The notes under the pieces were generated by a model. The model was not told the DNA's origin. It was given only the letters and a program-made list of their open reading frames with translations, and did no database searches. A program made the position numbers and the translations under genes. This document shows positions 17,587 to 27,065 of a stretch of DNA of 63,573 nucleotides, piece by piece. Origin of the DNA: Candidatus Woesearchaeota archaeon (GTDB taxonomy: Archaea; Nanobdellota; Nanobdellia; Woesearchaeales; GW2011-AR4); NCBI GenBank assembly GCA_016184145.1, contig JACPDF010000024.1, positions 1 to 63,573 on the forward strand. The letters run 5' to 3'. Every line of letters starts with the position of its first letter. Positions within the stretch are counted from its first letter, which is position 1.

Positions 17587-19476
17587 ATGAAAAAGCTGGC
17601 AATAATAACAATCTTATTTTTTATTCTTGTATATTCTGCCAGTTCTTTGAAGACCTTTGAGATAAACGAGACAGACAAAATAAGCCTGGCTCCAAAAGTG
17701 GATGATCCTGATGCTGACAAGCTGATTTACACTTTTACAGAGCCTCTTGATGAGAAAGGGGAATGGCAGACTGCTTATGGGGATGCAGGGGAATATAAAG
17801 CCAAGGTAACTGTGAGTGACGGTATAAACGAGGTCAGCGAAGATGTCCTCATAAAAGTTGGCAAGAAAGAGGAAAAGCCCACTATAGATGATTTTGAGCC
17901 GAAAGAAGATCCTGTAATTATTAATGAAAGGGAAAATGTAAAATTCAAAATAGCGGCTTCTGACCTGAACAAGGACAAGCTAAGCTATGAGTGGAAATTA
18001 AATGACAAGGTTGTTTCCAATGATGGGGAACTTCTTTTTGATACCGGCTATAAAGATGCAGGAGACTATAAGATTTCCGCATCTGTAAGTGATGGAGCTT
18101 CCAAGACAATAAAAATCTGGAATGTTGCAGTTAATGATGTTGATATCGACTCCATTTTGGATCGGATCAAGGATGTAACCGTAACTGAGACAGGGACTGC
18201 AAGCTTGGAGCTGCCTGATTTTGGGAAATACGGGCTAAAGTACAGCATTTCAGAGCCTTTGGGAAATGACAATAAATGGAAAACTGGCTATGACGATGCT
18301 GGGGAATATGGGGCAACTGTAAAGGCGGAAGGAATGGATTTTGAAGGTGAAAAGAAAGTCAGGATTACAATAATTAATAAAGACAGGAAGCCTGAATTCA
18401 TTGGCCTAAAGGATGCGAGCATAAATGAGAATGAGCAGCTGAGCATAGAATTAAAAGCAACCGATACCGACAATGATACGGTGATTTTTTCTGCAGAAGA
18501 CATACCTGAAGGAGCTGAATTGGCCGATAATGTATTTTTGTGGAAGCCAGGATATGATTTCGTGCAGAAGGAAAATGCCTTTGATTATGTGCTTGACAAG
18601 TTCAAATTGCTCAGTAAAAGCGTGGATGTAAAATTCATAGCGCAGAGCGGCAGCCTGAAAGATGGGAAAAGTGTGAAGATTACGGTAAAGGATGCCAACA
18701 GGCCTTTTACCCTTGACATTCCAGAAAGCATTGAGGTGAACGAAGGCCAGGAAATTGCTATCGAGCCGAAGTATAACGATCCTGACAAGGACAAGGTTTC
18801 GTTTTCCTATTCCGGCTTCATGAACAGCAATAAAAAAATAGCTGGATTTAATGATGCGGGGCAGTATATTGTAAAAATTATTGCAAGCGACGGCTATTTT
18901 GAGGAAACAAGGCTTGTAAATTTGAAGGTGAATGATGTCAATAGAGAGCCTGTTTTTGATATAAAGGACAAGTTTGGGGCAGCGGAGAGAGATGAATTAA
19001 AAATAGAGCTTAAGGCAAACGACCCTGACAACGATCCTGTAAGCTTTTCTGCTGTCAGCCTGCCAAGAGGCGCAAGCTTAAGAGGCAACTTATTCGCATG
19101 GGAGCCGGATTTTGACGCTGTAAATGGCACAAAGAAAGAGTTTGGAGTTGAGTTTGTTGCCAGTGACGATAAGAATGAAAGCGCTGCCAAAAAGATAGTA
19201 ATCACAGTCCTGAACAAAAACAAGGCACCGGAAATGATAAGTACGAGCGATAATTTAATTGCGTTGAGGAACGAGCCGACATTATTTGAGGTTAATGTTG
19301 CGGATGTTGATGGTGATGAGTTAACGTATGAATGGGATTTCGGCTTTTTGGACAAGTTTGAAAGCACTAATATGCATCAAAGAATATTTACAGCTGCCGG
19401 CAGCAAGGAGGTCAAAGTGACTGTGAGCGACGGCAAGGAAAGCGTAAGCAAGGTATGGAAGGTTGAAGTTATTTGA
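17587..19476 (+). CDS. Secreted protein with tandem cadherin-like/PKD repeats
   Basis: Signal peptide; about seven repeats of the same motif as the upstream gene; C-terminal PKD-like YEWDFG. Confidence 0.8.
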   Translation: MKKLAIITILFFILVYSASSLKTFEINETDKISLAPKVDDPDADKLIYTFTEPLDEKGEWQTAYGDAGEYKAKVTVSDGINEVSEDVLIKVGKKEEKPTIDDFEPKEDPVIINERENVKFKIAASDLNKDKLSYEWKLNDKVVSNDGELLFDTGYKDAGDYKISASVSDGASKTIKIWNVAVNDVDIDSILDRIKDVTVTETGTASLELPDFGKYGLKYSISEPLGNDNKWKTGYDDAGEYGATVKAEGMDFEGEKKVRITIINKDRKPEFIGLKDASINENEQLSIELKATDTDNDTVIFSAEDIPEGAELADNVFLWKPGYDFVQKENAFDYVLDKFKLLSKSVDVKFIAQSGSLKDGKSVKITVKDANRPFTLDIPESIEVNEGQEIAIEPKYNDPDKDKVSFSYSGFMNSNKKIAGFNDAGQYIVKIIASDGYFEETRLVNLKVNDVNREPVFDIKDKFGAAERDELKIELKANDPDNDPVSFSAVSLPRGASLRGNLFAWEPDFDAVNGTKKEFGVEFVASDDKNESAAKKIVITVLNKNKAPEMISTSDNLIALRNEPTLFEVNVADVDGDELTYEWDFGFLDKFESTNMHQRIFTAAGSKEVKVTVSDGKESVSKVWKVEVI

Positions 19477-19561
19477 AGGAAAGGTATTAGGCTATAAATT
19501 TCTAAAATTATCATTCGGCAAACCAACAACTTTATAAAATTCTTGATTATCTCCTTTGTTG

Positions 19562-21112
19562 ATGCCAGCAAAAAAAATTTCTTCTGAGACAGGAAACGGG
19601 GCTCTGGATTTGGCCTTGGACACCATAAAATCAGGGAAGCAGGCCTTGGTTTTTGTGAATACAAAAAGGAGCGCGGAGAAAACAGCAGAGGACATTTCCA
19701 ATAAGATAAAATCAAATGATGAAAAATTAAGAGAACTAAGCGAAAATGCCCTAAAAGCGCTTTCCAGGCCGACAAAGCAGTGTGAAAGGCTGGCAAAGTG
19801 CATAAAAAAAGGGATAGCTTTCCATCATGCCGGCTTAGTTTCCAAGCAAAGGGAATTGATAGAGGGCAGCTTTAGAAATGGGACAATAAAGATAATATGC
19901 GCAACTCCAACTCTTGCCTATGGCGTTGATCTGCCTGCTTTCAGGGCTATAATAAAGGACTTAAAAAGGTACGGGAGCAATGGGCTAAATTACATTCCTG
20001 TTCTGGAGTATTTGCAGATGTCAGGAAGGGCGGGAAGGCCGAAGTTTGACAAGTTTGGAGAGGCTATTTGCGTAGCGATAAGCGATAATGACAAGAAGAA
20101 GCTTTATGAAAGGTATATCCTAGGCGAGCCTGAAGAGATTTATTCCAAATTAGCTGTTGAGCCTGTGCTGAGGACTTATTTATTAAGTTTGATAGCTGCA
20201 AATTTTGCTAATACCAAGAAAGAAATTGTTGATTTTTTTGGAAAAACATTCTGGGCATATCAGTTTGTGGATATGGCCAGATTAGAGCAGATAATAGACA
20301 AGATGCTTGACTTGCTTGAGGAATGGGAATTCATACAGAAGCATGGCCAGGATTTTGTTGAAGCAAATAAAATAAATGACAGGAGAATAAATGCAACAAA
20401 TATGGGGAAAAGGGTTGCGGAATTATATTTGGATCCTCTGACTGCTTACTTCTTTATTGCATGCCTAAGAAATGCCTCTGACAGGAGAATAAATGAGTTT
20501 TCTTTTTTGCAGATGGTAAGCCATACTTTGGAGATGAGGCCTTTGTTAAGAGTGTCAATCAAGGAAGGGGATAAAATACAGGAAGAATTGCTTAAGTTCT
20601 ATGACTTTTTGCTGGAAAAGGAGCCGTCCTTATATGAGCCCGAGTATGAGGATTTTGCCAACAGCATTAAAACTGCTTTAATGATGCATGAGTGGATTAA
20701 TGAAAAGGATGAGGAGTATTTGCTTGAAAATTACAATGCGAGGCCCGGTGAAATAAGGGGCAAATTGGAATTGGCTGACTGGCTGCTGTACGCTTCCGAG
20801 GAGATATCAAGGATTTTGCATTACCAGTACCTAAATAAAGAGATTGTAAAGTTAAGGCTCAGATTAAGGCATGGCGTTAAGGAAGAATTATTGCCTTTGA
20901 TAAGGCTGCAGGATATTGGAAGAGTAAGGGCAAGGAGATTATTTTCCAACAGAATCAAGGATATAAAAGACGTTAAGAATGCTGATTTAATGAAATTAAG
21001 CCAGATACTGGGAAAGCAGGTTGCCTTGAGCGTAAAGAAACAGGTCGGAGAAGAGATTAAAGAAGTTCCTGCCGGCAAGAGAAAAGGGCAGGTTAGTTTG
21101 GAGAAGTATTAA
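19562..21112 (+). CDS. Hel308/Ski2-like helicase, C-terminal part only (no RecA1 domain)
   Basis: ALVFVNTKR (motif IV), IAFHHAGL, ATPTLAYGVDLPA, QMSGRAGRP, HhH IGRVRAR, PIP-like QVSLEKY; no Walker A or DExH; own TATA at about 19531-19538. Confidence 0.85.
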   Translation: MPAKKISSETGNGALDLALDTIKSGKQALVFVNTKRSAEKTAEDISNKIKSNDEKLRELSENALKALSRPTKQCERLAKCIKKGIAFHHAGLVSKQRELIEGSFRNGTIKIICATPTLAYGVDLPAFRAIIKDLKRYGSNGLNYIPVLEYLQMSGRAGRPKFDKFGEAICVAISDNDKKKLYERYILGEPEEIYSKLAVEPVLRTYLLSLIAANFANTKKEIVDFFGKTFWAYQFVDMARLEQIIDKMLDLLEEWEFIQKHGQDFVEANKINDRRINATNMGKRVAELYLDPLTAYFFIACLRNASDRRINEFSFLQMVSHTLEMRPLLRVSIKEGDKIQEELLKFYDFLLEKEPSLYEPEYEDFANSIKTALMMHEWINEKDEEYLLENYNARPGEIRGKLELADWLLYASEEISRILHYQYLNKEIVKLRLRLRHGVKEELLPLIRLQDIGRVRARRLFSNRIKDIKDVKNADLMKLSQILGKQVALSVKKQVGEEIKEVPAGKRKGQVSLEKY

Positions 21113-21129
21113 ATTAGCAATTCTTGAAG

Positions 21130-21861
21130 TTATTTTTTGCCTTTAGTACTATACATATCCATCTGAGTTTTATATGCTGACTTAATCAATTTTTCCGCTA
21201 TTAGAACTAATTTATCCTTTGGTGCCCTAACATTTACAAGAAATTCGTCTCCAGCACTCCCATGAATTCTTTGAACCAAAGAATCATTCTGCATAACCCT
21301 TGTTACCAAATCCCTATCCCTAGTTTCCTGTCTTTCGTTTCTGCTGTTATGACTTAATGCCCTTCCAATAGCCGCTATATGTCTTGTAACCTCATCATAA
21401 TCAGTCAGATCATTCCAGTGATGCATATCATTACAATCAAAAAATAATAGCCGCCTTTGCTGGGTTCTTCCATATTCACTTCGTTCTCTTTCAACACTCT
21501 GTTCCAATTGGAATTGATAGCCATAAGGAGTCAGTGTCCCGGTAGAATGATCGTATCTTTTTCCTTCAATAAGTGTTAACATATCCGCATAAACTCTGGG
21601 ATTGCCACTATGACTATTTAATATTCCTAAATCTGTCTCGAGTTCCTTCAGAGCCATTGCTTCGTCTAATAAAGGAGAACCAGAATACTGAGCAATGCTA
21701 TATGGGCCATTAAACCTTATTTTTATTGGCTTGCCTTCTTCAACTGTCTCTTTCAGTGATTTTGCATTTTTTAAGGCTTCTTGCGCTTCTTTTATACTGT
21801 CGCCTATTCCTACTGAGAGTCCTAATATGAATGGTCCTTTATAAGATGTTTTCATAGTCAA
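21130..21861 (-). CDS. Circularly permuted GGDEF/mCpol-like palm-domain protein
   Basis: C-terminal half has DHSTGTL, FFDCNDMHHWND and RIHGSAGDEFLV; N-terminus has LSVGIG...EAQEALKNAK. Confidence 0.6.
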   Translation of the reverse strand: MTMKTSYKGPFILGLSVGIGDSIKEAQEALKNAKSLKETVEEGKPIKIRFNGPYSIAQYSGSPLLDEAMALKELETDLGILNSHSGNPRVYADMLTLIEGKRYDHSTGTLTPYGYQFQLEQSVERERSEYGRTQQRRLLFFDCNDMHHWNDLTDYDEVTRHIAAIGRALSHNSRNERQETRDRDLVTRVMQNDSLVQRIHGSAGDEFLVNVRAPKDKLVLIAEKLIKSAYKTQMDMYSTKGKK

Positions 21862-21981
21862 GTAATAATATTAAGCCTTTATAAATCTTTCTATTTTTTT
21901 ACTATTTGGGGGTAGTTATAAATTATGCAAGCGATGCACTGCAAGAATGTTTATAAACCGAATATAATTTGCTGGCTTTAT

Positions 21982-22104
21982 GCCCCTATAGTTTAGTGGA
22001 TCATAATGCGAGGTTGCGGTATTTGTGAAAACCTTGCGGCCCGAGTTCGATTATCCCAACGGGAGACCACGAATCCCGGGGATTCGGGAGTCTCGGTAGG
22101 GGCA
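21982..22104 (+). tRNA. tRNA-Arg(GCG) with two introns (37/38: 22020-22030; T-loop: about 22051-22089)
   Basis: GCCCCTA/TAGGGGC acceptor; CGAGG-TT GCG G[11 nt]A-CCTTG; CCGAG TTCGA[39 nt]GT CTCGG. Confidence 0.85.
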
Positions 22105-22234
22105 TTTTTATATCCTCACCTTGTATTTCTAATCTTCTATTTTTATTTAATCGGCAGATATAGAGAATTGCGCTTATTATATGACATTTGAGCGCAATTC
22201 TGATATAGTAAATTGCCTTTTGATAGTCATATAA

Positions 22235-22630
22235 TTACTGCAATTTACTATAACTAAAAATCAGCAAAAGTATATTTACTGCATATATTGAATAGCATAT
22301 CAGGCAAACTGCCCTGACCTTAAACTGCAGCACATAAGCAAGGTATAATGACGCAAAAATGGATAATACAGAAAGGTAGAATGCCAGATTTAAAGCGCCA
22401 TAAAAGACCGTTATTAACACTATGCCATAAAACAGCATTCCAGCAAGGCCATTTGAAATGCCGAATATCTTTCCATAGCCGGTTGCAAATGCCTTGGTGC
22501 AGGAAAGCTTATCGCTTATATCACAAACTGCCTTGTAATTTTTTTGGCTGCTGACTTTCCTTTCCACATAAAAAGAATACAATGACAAAAGGAATCCAAT
22601 AGCTAAAATAATCAATAAGGTTAATGCCAT
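22235..22630 (-). CDS. Vitamin K epoxide reductase (VKOR) family protein
   Basis: CDISDKLSC loop pair, CLIC redox motif, four hydrophobic segments. Confidence 0.9.
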   Translation of the reverse strand: MALTLLIILAIGFLLSLYSFYVERKVSSQKNYKAVCDISDKLSCTKAFATGYGKIFGISNGLAGMLFYGIVLITVFYGALNLAFYLSVLSIFASLYLAYVLQFKVRAVCLICYSIYAVNILLLIFSYSKLQ

Positions 22631-22713
22631 ATATACTCAATTTTTTAGTTTTATATAAATATTTTTATTTAAACGTTATATGGATTAAAACAAATAAAAA
22701 TAATTGCAATAAA

Positions 22714-24888
22714 TCAGACCCCTACCTGCGCTTCAGTCAAACCTTTCCTGTTACGTATCTGCTTGACAATTTTGTCCTGCAGCTCCTCTGGGAGCTTCTC
22801 GAACATCTGATCAATCAATGAGCTGGAGCCTCTGCCTCCTGTCGCACTTCTTAAATCAGAACTCCATCCAAACATTTCCCCTACTGGCAGCTTGGCTTTT
22901 ATTATGGACAAAACCCCTTCCTGCTGCGCATCCAGTAACTGGCCGCGCTTGTTGCTGATTAACTTCGAAATCTCTCCCAAGAAATCTGATGGCGCTTCTA
23001 TCCTCAATATCTGGTAAGGCTCAAATAAGATTGGCCTTGAGGTCATCATGGCTCCCCTGATGCCTTCCCTGACAGCAGGGTAAACCTGCGCTGGACCGCG
23101 GTGAATAGCATCCTCATGAAGCTTCATGTCTGTAAGCATTACCTTGACCTTAAAGCATGGCTCCCTGGCTAATGGCCCCTGAGACATGACATCCTCAAAC
23201 ATATCAAGAATCAACTCAAGAACTTCTCCCAGATGAACTTGGCCGCGCGTCATGTCCATTAAAATGTTCCCTTTATAGATAGCTTTAACTTTTAAGGCAT
23301 CTTTGCTCTCCATTCCACATTCTACAAGCTTGTCCCTAAGCTCAAGGTCTTTTTTCTTAATTCTGCCTTCGCTTATCTCTCCTTTCTTTATCGCTTCATA
23401 GATAGAATCTTCCAATGGATCTACTCTGAAAAAGAACAAGTTGTGCTTATTGGGAGTTTTACCCATGGCTTCCTGCGAGGGTTTTGTTATTGATTCCCTA
23501 TAGACAACAATAGGATTAGAAGTCTGCACCTCAACGCCCTTTTCCGTCTTGATGCGGTTTTCAATAACTTCCAAATGCAGCTCTCCCATGCCGTGCATCA
23601 AGTGCTCTCCTGTCTCTTCATTGATCTCTATCTTTACAGTGGGATCTTCCTTACCGACCATCCTTAAGACCTCTATGAGTTTTGGCAAGTCGCTTGGTTT
23701 TTTCGCTTCTATTGCTTTGGTTATTACAGGCTCAAAGATATGGGTAATTTGCTCGAAAGGCGTTTCAGCTGGCTGCAGAGTTATTGTTTCTCCGGCATAT
23801 GCTTTTACCCCTGCAACACCAATAAAATTTCCGGAAGGAACATTATCAACTATTTCCCTCTTAGCCCCGTTATAGATAAAGACCTGCTGCACTTTTGTAT
23901 TCTGCTTCAGCCTGTTCAAATAAACGTCTATGCCTTTCTTCATTGTTCCTGAGAATAAGCGGCCAGCGGAAATTTCTCCAGCCTGAGGGTCAATGACAAT
24001 TTTTGTTATAATAAAATACAACGGGCCGTTAGAGTCAGAGGCAACCAGGCTTTTTCCATCCTCGCTTTCTATATCACCATGCCATATTTTTGGGATACGG
24101 TAAGGCTGCGCTATCTTGGGAGAGGGCAAGTGGTCAACTACCATGTTAAGGACAACTTCATGCAAAGGAGCCCTATCACTCAAGGACTTGTAGTTATCAG
24201 TATTATATGCTTCTATAATATCCTTGAATGTAATCTTCTTGCTTTGCATATAAGGAATAGACAAAGCCCAGTTGTGGAAAGCTGAGCCAAAACAAACACT
24301 GCCATTTTGAACATTAACCTGCCACTTTTCACCATAGCCTTTTGGGGCTATGTCCATGATAAGCCTGTTGACTGAAGTAATGATTTTTATAAAGCGCTCC
24401 TGCATCTGCTCAGGGGTTAACTGCAGCTCCTTTATCAAACGGTCAACCTTATTGATAAAAAGGACCGGCTTTACAAGCTCCCTTAATGCCTGCCTCAAAA
24501 CTGTCTCTGTCTGCGGCATTATGCTCTCTACCGCATCCACTAAAACAATAGCTCCGTCAGCTGCCCTCATTGCCCTTGTTACATCCCCCCCAAAATCAAC
24601 ATGGCCAGGAGTGTCAAGAAGGTTAATCAGGTACTCATTGCCCTTCAAAGAATGAACCATGCTAACAGCGGCTGTGTCTATTGTGATGCCCCTTTCCTGC
24701 TCGTCTGCATGGAAATCAAGCTTTAACGCTTTGCCAGCATCTTCCTTGGACATCATTCCTGCGCCTGCAAGCAGATTATCAGAAAAAGTTGTTTTTCCGT
24801 GATCAATATGAGCGCAAATGGCAATGTTCCTTATGTTTTGTGGATTTTTCATCAATCTTGTGACTTTATCCACCATCTTTTCTGCCAT
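22714..24888 (-). CDS. fusA: Translation elongation factor aEF-2
   Basis: AHIDHGKTT, RGITI, DTPGHVDF, NKVD; diphthamide loop HEDAIHRGPAQ. Confidence 0.97.
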   Translation of the reverse strand: MAEKMVDKVTRLMKNPQNIRNIAICAHIDHGKTTFSDNLLAGAGMMSKEDAGKALKLDFHADEQERGITIDTAAVSMVHSLKGNEYLINLLDTPGHVDFGGDVTRAMRAADGAIVLVDAVESIMPQTETVLRQALRELVKPVLFINKVDRLIKELQLTPEQMQERFIKIITSVNRLIMDIAPKGYGEKWQVNVQNGSVCFGSAFHNWALSIPYMQSKKITFKDIIEAYNTDNYKSLSDRAPLHEVVLNMVVDHLPSPKIAQPYRIPKIWHGDIESEDGKSLVASDSNGPLYFIITKIVIDPQAGEISAGRLFSGTMKKGIDVYLNRLKQNTKVQQVFIYNGAKREIVDNVPSGNFIGVAGVKAYAGETITLQPAETPFEQITHIFEPVITKAIEAKKPSDLPKLIEVLRMVGKEDPTVKIEINEETGEHLMHGMGELHLEVIENRIKTEKGVEVQTSNPIVVYRESITKPSQEAMGKTPNKHNLFFFRVDPLEDSIYEAIKKGEISEGRIKKKDLELRDKLVECGMESKDALKVKAIYKGNILMDMTRGQVHLGEVLELILDMFEDVMSQGPLAREPCFKVKVMLTDMKLHEDAIHRGPAQVYPAVREGIRGAMMTSRPILFEPYQILRIEAPSDFLGEISKLISNKRGQLLDAQQEGVLSIIKAKLPVGEMFGWSSDLRSATGGRGSSSLIDQMFEKLPEELQDKIVKQIRNRKGLTEAQVGV

Positions 24889-24958
24889 TGTTTCTTTACC
24901 TCCAATTAGGATTAAGACAATATAAAAATCACCAATATGCCATTATCAAATAAACTAG

Positions 24959-25471
24959 TTATTTTTTCTCTTGCTTCCAAAAAATTTCTGTTTTAGCTAC
25001 TTGCCTGGATTCCACAGGATAAATAGTCTGAATAAGCTCGCCTGGCCTAAACCAAAGCTTAATCTCGCGCTCAGCCTCTTTCTCGCTTTCGGAAGCATGT
25101 ACAACATTCTCAAAAACTCCTTTGGTTGTTATCCTCCCGAATTTTCCCCTTATTGTTGATGGGTGCGCCTGCTCTGGGTTAGTTGCGCCAACAACATCCC
25201 TTACTTTCGCTATTGCGTTTTCTCCATGATAAATCAGGGCTAAAACGCGCTTAACATGAAACTCGCCCATTATGTACCTTATCAGCTCGTCAAAGAATTT
25301 TTCCTCGCTTAAATGCTGGTAGTGCTCTTCGGCTAATTCACGGGTTACCTGCACTATTTTTGCCCCTACAAGAATCAAGCCTGTATCGGAAAGCTCGGTA
25401 AGTATGTTTCCAGTTAAAGATTTTGCAATCCCATCAGGCTTTATCAAAACCAAGGTCTGCTGGACGCTCAT
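24959..25471 (-). CDS. ndk: Nucleoside diphosphate kinase
   Basis: TLVLIKPDG, GATNP, TIRGKFG, NVVHAS catalytic His. Confidence 0.95.
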   Translation of the reverse strand: MSVQQTLVLIKPDGIAKSLTGNILTELSDTGLILVGAKIVQVTRELAEEHYQHLSEEKFFDELIRYIMGEFHVKRVLALIYHGENAIAKVRDVVGATNPEQAHPSTIRGKFGRITTKGVFENVVHASESEKEAEREIKLWFRPGELIQTIYPVESRQVAKTEIFWKQEKK

Positions 25472-25638
25472 TTTTCATACCTTCCGCTCCACTTTGTCGT
25501 TATTGGCTTTCTTCTTAGCTTGAGCATGTTCTTTTCACATTTTGAAGAGCAAAAGTATAGTACTTTAGCGTCCTTCTGCACGTAAATTTTTCCTGTTCCT
25601 TTAGGTATGTTAATACCGCAAAAAGTGCATTTTGCCAT
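25468..25638 (-). CDS. rpl24e: 50S ribosomal protein L24e (not in the ORF track)
   Basis: Translates to MAKCTFCGINIPKGTGKIYVQKDAKVLYFCSSKCEKNMLKLRRKPITTKWSGRYEK; ATGA overlap with ndk. Confidence 0.95.
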   Translation of the reverse strand: MAKCTFCGINIPKGTGKIYVQKDAKVLYFCSSKCEKNMLKLRRKPITTKWSGRYEK

Positions 25639-25643
25639 TTTAA

Positions 25644-25919
25644 TCAATCAGATTTATAAAACTCTGCCATAATTGGTCCATTTCTCATAATATATTTTTT
25701 ATTATCATACTCCAAACTTTTGAATGGTAAATTATTTCTTTGTAAATATTCTCTGAACTCCCCAAGACTTCCAAATTGCCCACGCATGCCAACTGATATC
25801 AGACCTCTTGGGTTAATTTGAACTGATAAAACAATACCATCATCACCCCGCAAACCCACAAGTCTATCTACAAGGGCTTTGAATTCTGGATGTGTTGATG
25901 TACGAATCATGTCTGCCAT
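25644..25919 (-). CDS. Hypothetical protein inside the ribosomal protein cluster
   Basis: 91-aa co-oriented ORF between rps28e and rpl24e; no motif recognised. Confidence 0.6.
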   Translation of the reverse strand: MADMIRTSTHPEFKALVDRLVGLRGDDGIVLSVQINPRGLISVGMRGQFGSLGEFREYLQRNNLPFKSLEYDNKKYIMRNGPIMAEFYKSD

Positions 25920-25992
25920 TTTTTCTTTTTCAATACTTTTTTCAATTTAATTTTTAATGCAGTTGTTGTTTTATCTTAATAACTGAAATTTT

Positions 25993-26310
25993 TTACCCAG
26001 AACCCCTGCCTGATCTTGTTAATTGCCTTGCTTCTATTTCAGTTTCCCTGAGCATTAAAATATCGCCAAGCTGTATGGGACCTTTAATATTCCTCCTCAA
26101 TACCTTGTTCTTATCGCGGCCATCTAAAATACGGCACCTTACCTGTATGGCTTCCCCTCTTGTTCCTGTCCTTCCTATGATTTCCTCTACTTTAGCTGGC
26201 CACGCCATTGAAAAATTTACGTTTCCTTTGGCTGGTTCCTGCGCTACAGGGCTTCTTTCCTTTCGTGGCTTTTCTTCTGCCTGCACTTTTTCTGCTTTTT
26301 CTTCTGCCAT
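25993..26310 (-). CDS. rps28e: 30S ribosomal protein S28e with charged N-terminal extension
   Basis: [27 protein letters not shown]...[21 protein letters not shown]; SD GGAGG. Confidence 0.93.
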   Translation of the reverse strand: MAEEKAEKVQAEEKPRKERSPVAQEPAKGNVNFSMAWPAKVEEIIGRTGTRGEAIQVRCRILDGRDKNKVLRRNIKGPIQLGDILMLRETEIEARQLTRSGRGSG

Positions 26311-26356
26311 GCTCAAAAATCTCCTCCGTCTATTTTTGGCACCACCTACGGTGGTT

Positions 26357-26704
26357 TTACTGTTTAGCTTTGCTTACCAATTCCTTAATCAGGTTTTTTG
26401 CTTCGCCTTCCTGCACCACTGCAACACTCCCTGTAGGAACCTGGATGCCTGCTGCCGCTCCAAGCTCTTCTTTGCTCGGCACCTGAAAGCAAGGCACATT
26501 CTTCTCTTCTGCTATCATTGGTATGTGCATTGTAATCTCTGCAGGCTCTACATCTTTCGCAACTGCAACAAACTTTGCCTTTCCCTTTTCTATTGATTTT
26601 GTCGTCTCGTTTGTGCCTTTCTTTATCTTTCCTGTGCTTTTAGCTACCTCGATTATCTCATAAATCTTATCAACCATTTCCTTTGAAACTTCTATAGCTG
26701 CCAT
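26357..26704 (-). CDS. rpl7ae: 50S ribosomal protein L7Ae
   Basis: [37 protein letters not shown]. Confidence 0.96.
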   Translation of the reverse strand: MAAIEVSKEMVDKIYEIIEVAKSTGKIKKGTNETTKSIEKGKAKFVAVAKDVEPAEITMHIPMIAEEKNVPCFQVPSKEELGAAAGIQVPTGSVAVVQEGEAKNLIKELVSKAKQ

Positions 26705-26760
26705 TTTAATTTCCTCCCTAATCTTATTATGTGAGGCAATAAACAGAAATTGAACCTCAC

Positions 26761-26796
26761 TCGGGCCAAAAGCATTGTGCTTATAGCCTTCATCAT
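26761..26796 (-). promoter_or_regulatory. Possible kink-turn (C/D-box-like) element in the rpl7ae 5' UTR
   Basis: Minus strand ATGATGA, stem-loop GGCTA.AAGCA caa TGCTT.TGGCC, then CCGA; outer stem not evident. Confidence 0.4.
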
Positions 26797-26876
26797 TTCA
26801 TTGGTAAGCAAAGGGATATTAGCCTAATTTAAAAATGTTATTGTTTTGGGATTTGTAATTTTTTATTATTTTATTC

Positions 26877-26985
26877 TGTTCGCCCTTCGGGCTCACAATA
26901 TGCCCGTAAATCAAAGATTTCCCGCACCCACTGCGTGGGTTTACTGCGAGGCTTTCGCTGTCTGCCACACGCTCAAGCCTCGCCT
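26877..26985. repeat. GC-rich mosaic of short hairpins in an AT-rich spacer
   Basis: GCCC ttc GGGC, AAATC aaa GATTT, ACCCAC tgc GTGGGT, GCGAGGCTT...AAGCCTCGC. Confidence 0.55.
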
Positions 26986-27065
26986 ATCCAATAATTCGAT
27001 AGAAACTTATATAAACATAAACAAATTACATAATTAACAATAGTTAATTATGGAGGTGGATTTTT

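Noticed and set aside
22006-22191. 61-aa ORF
   Set aside because: Overlaps tRNA-Arg.
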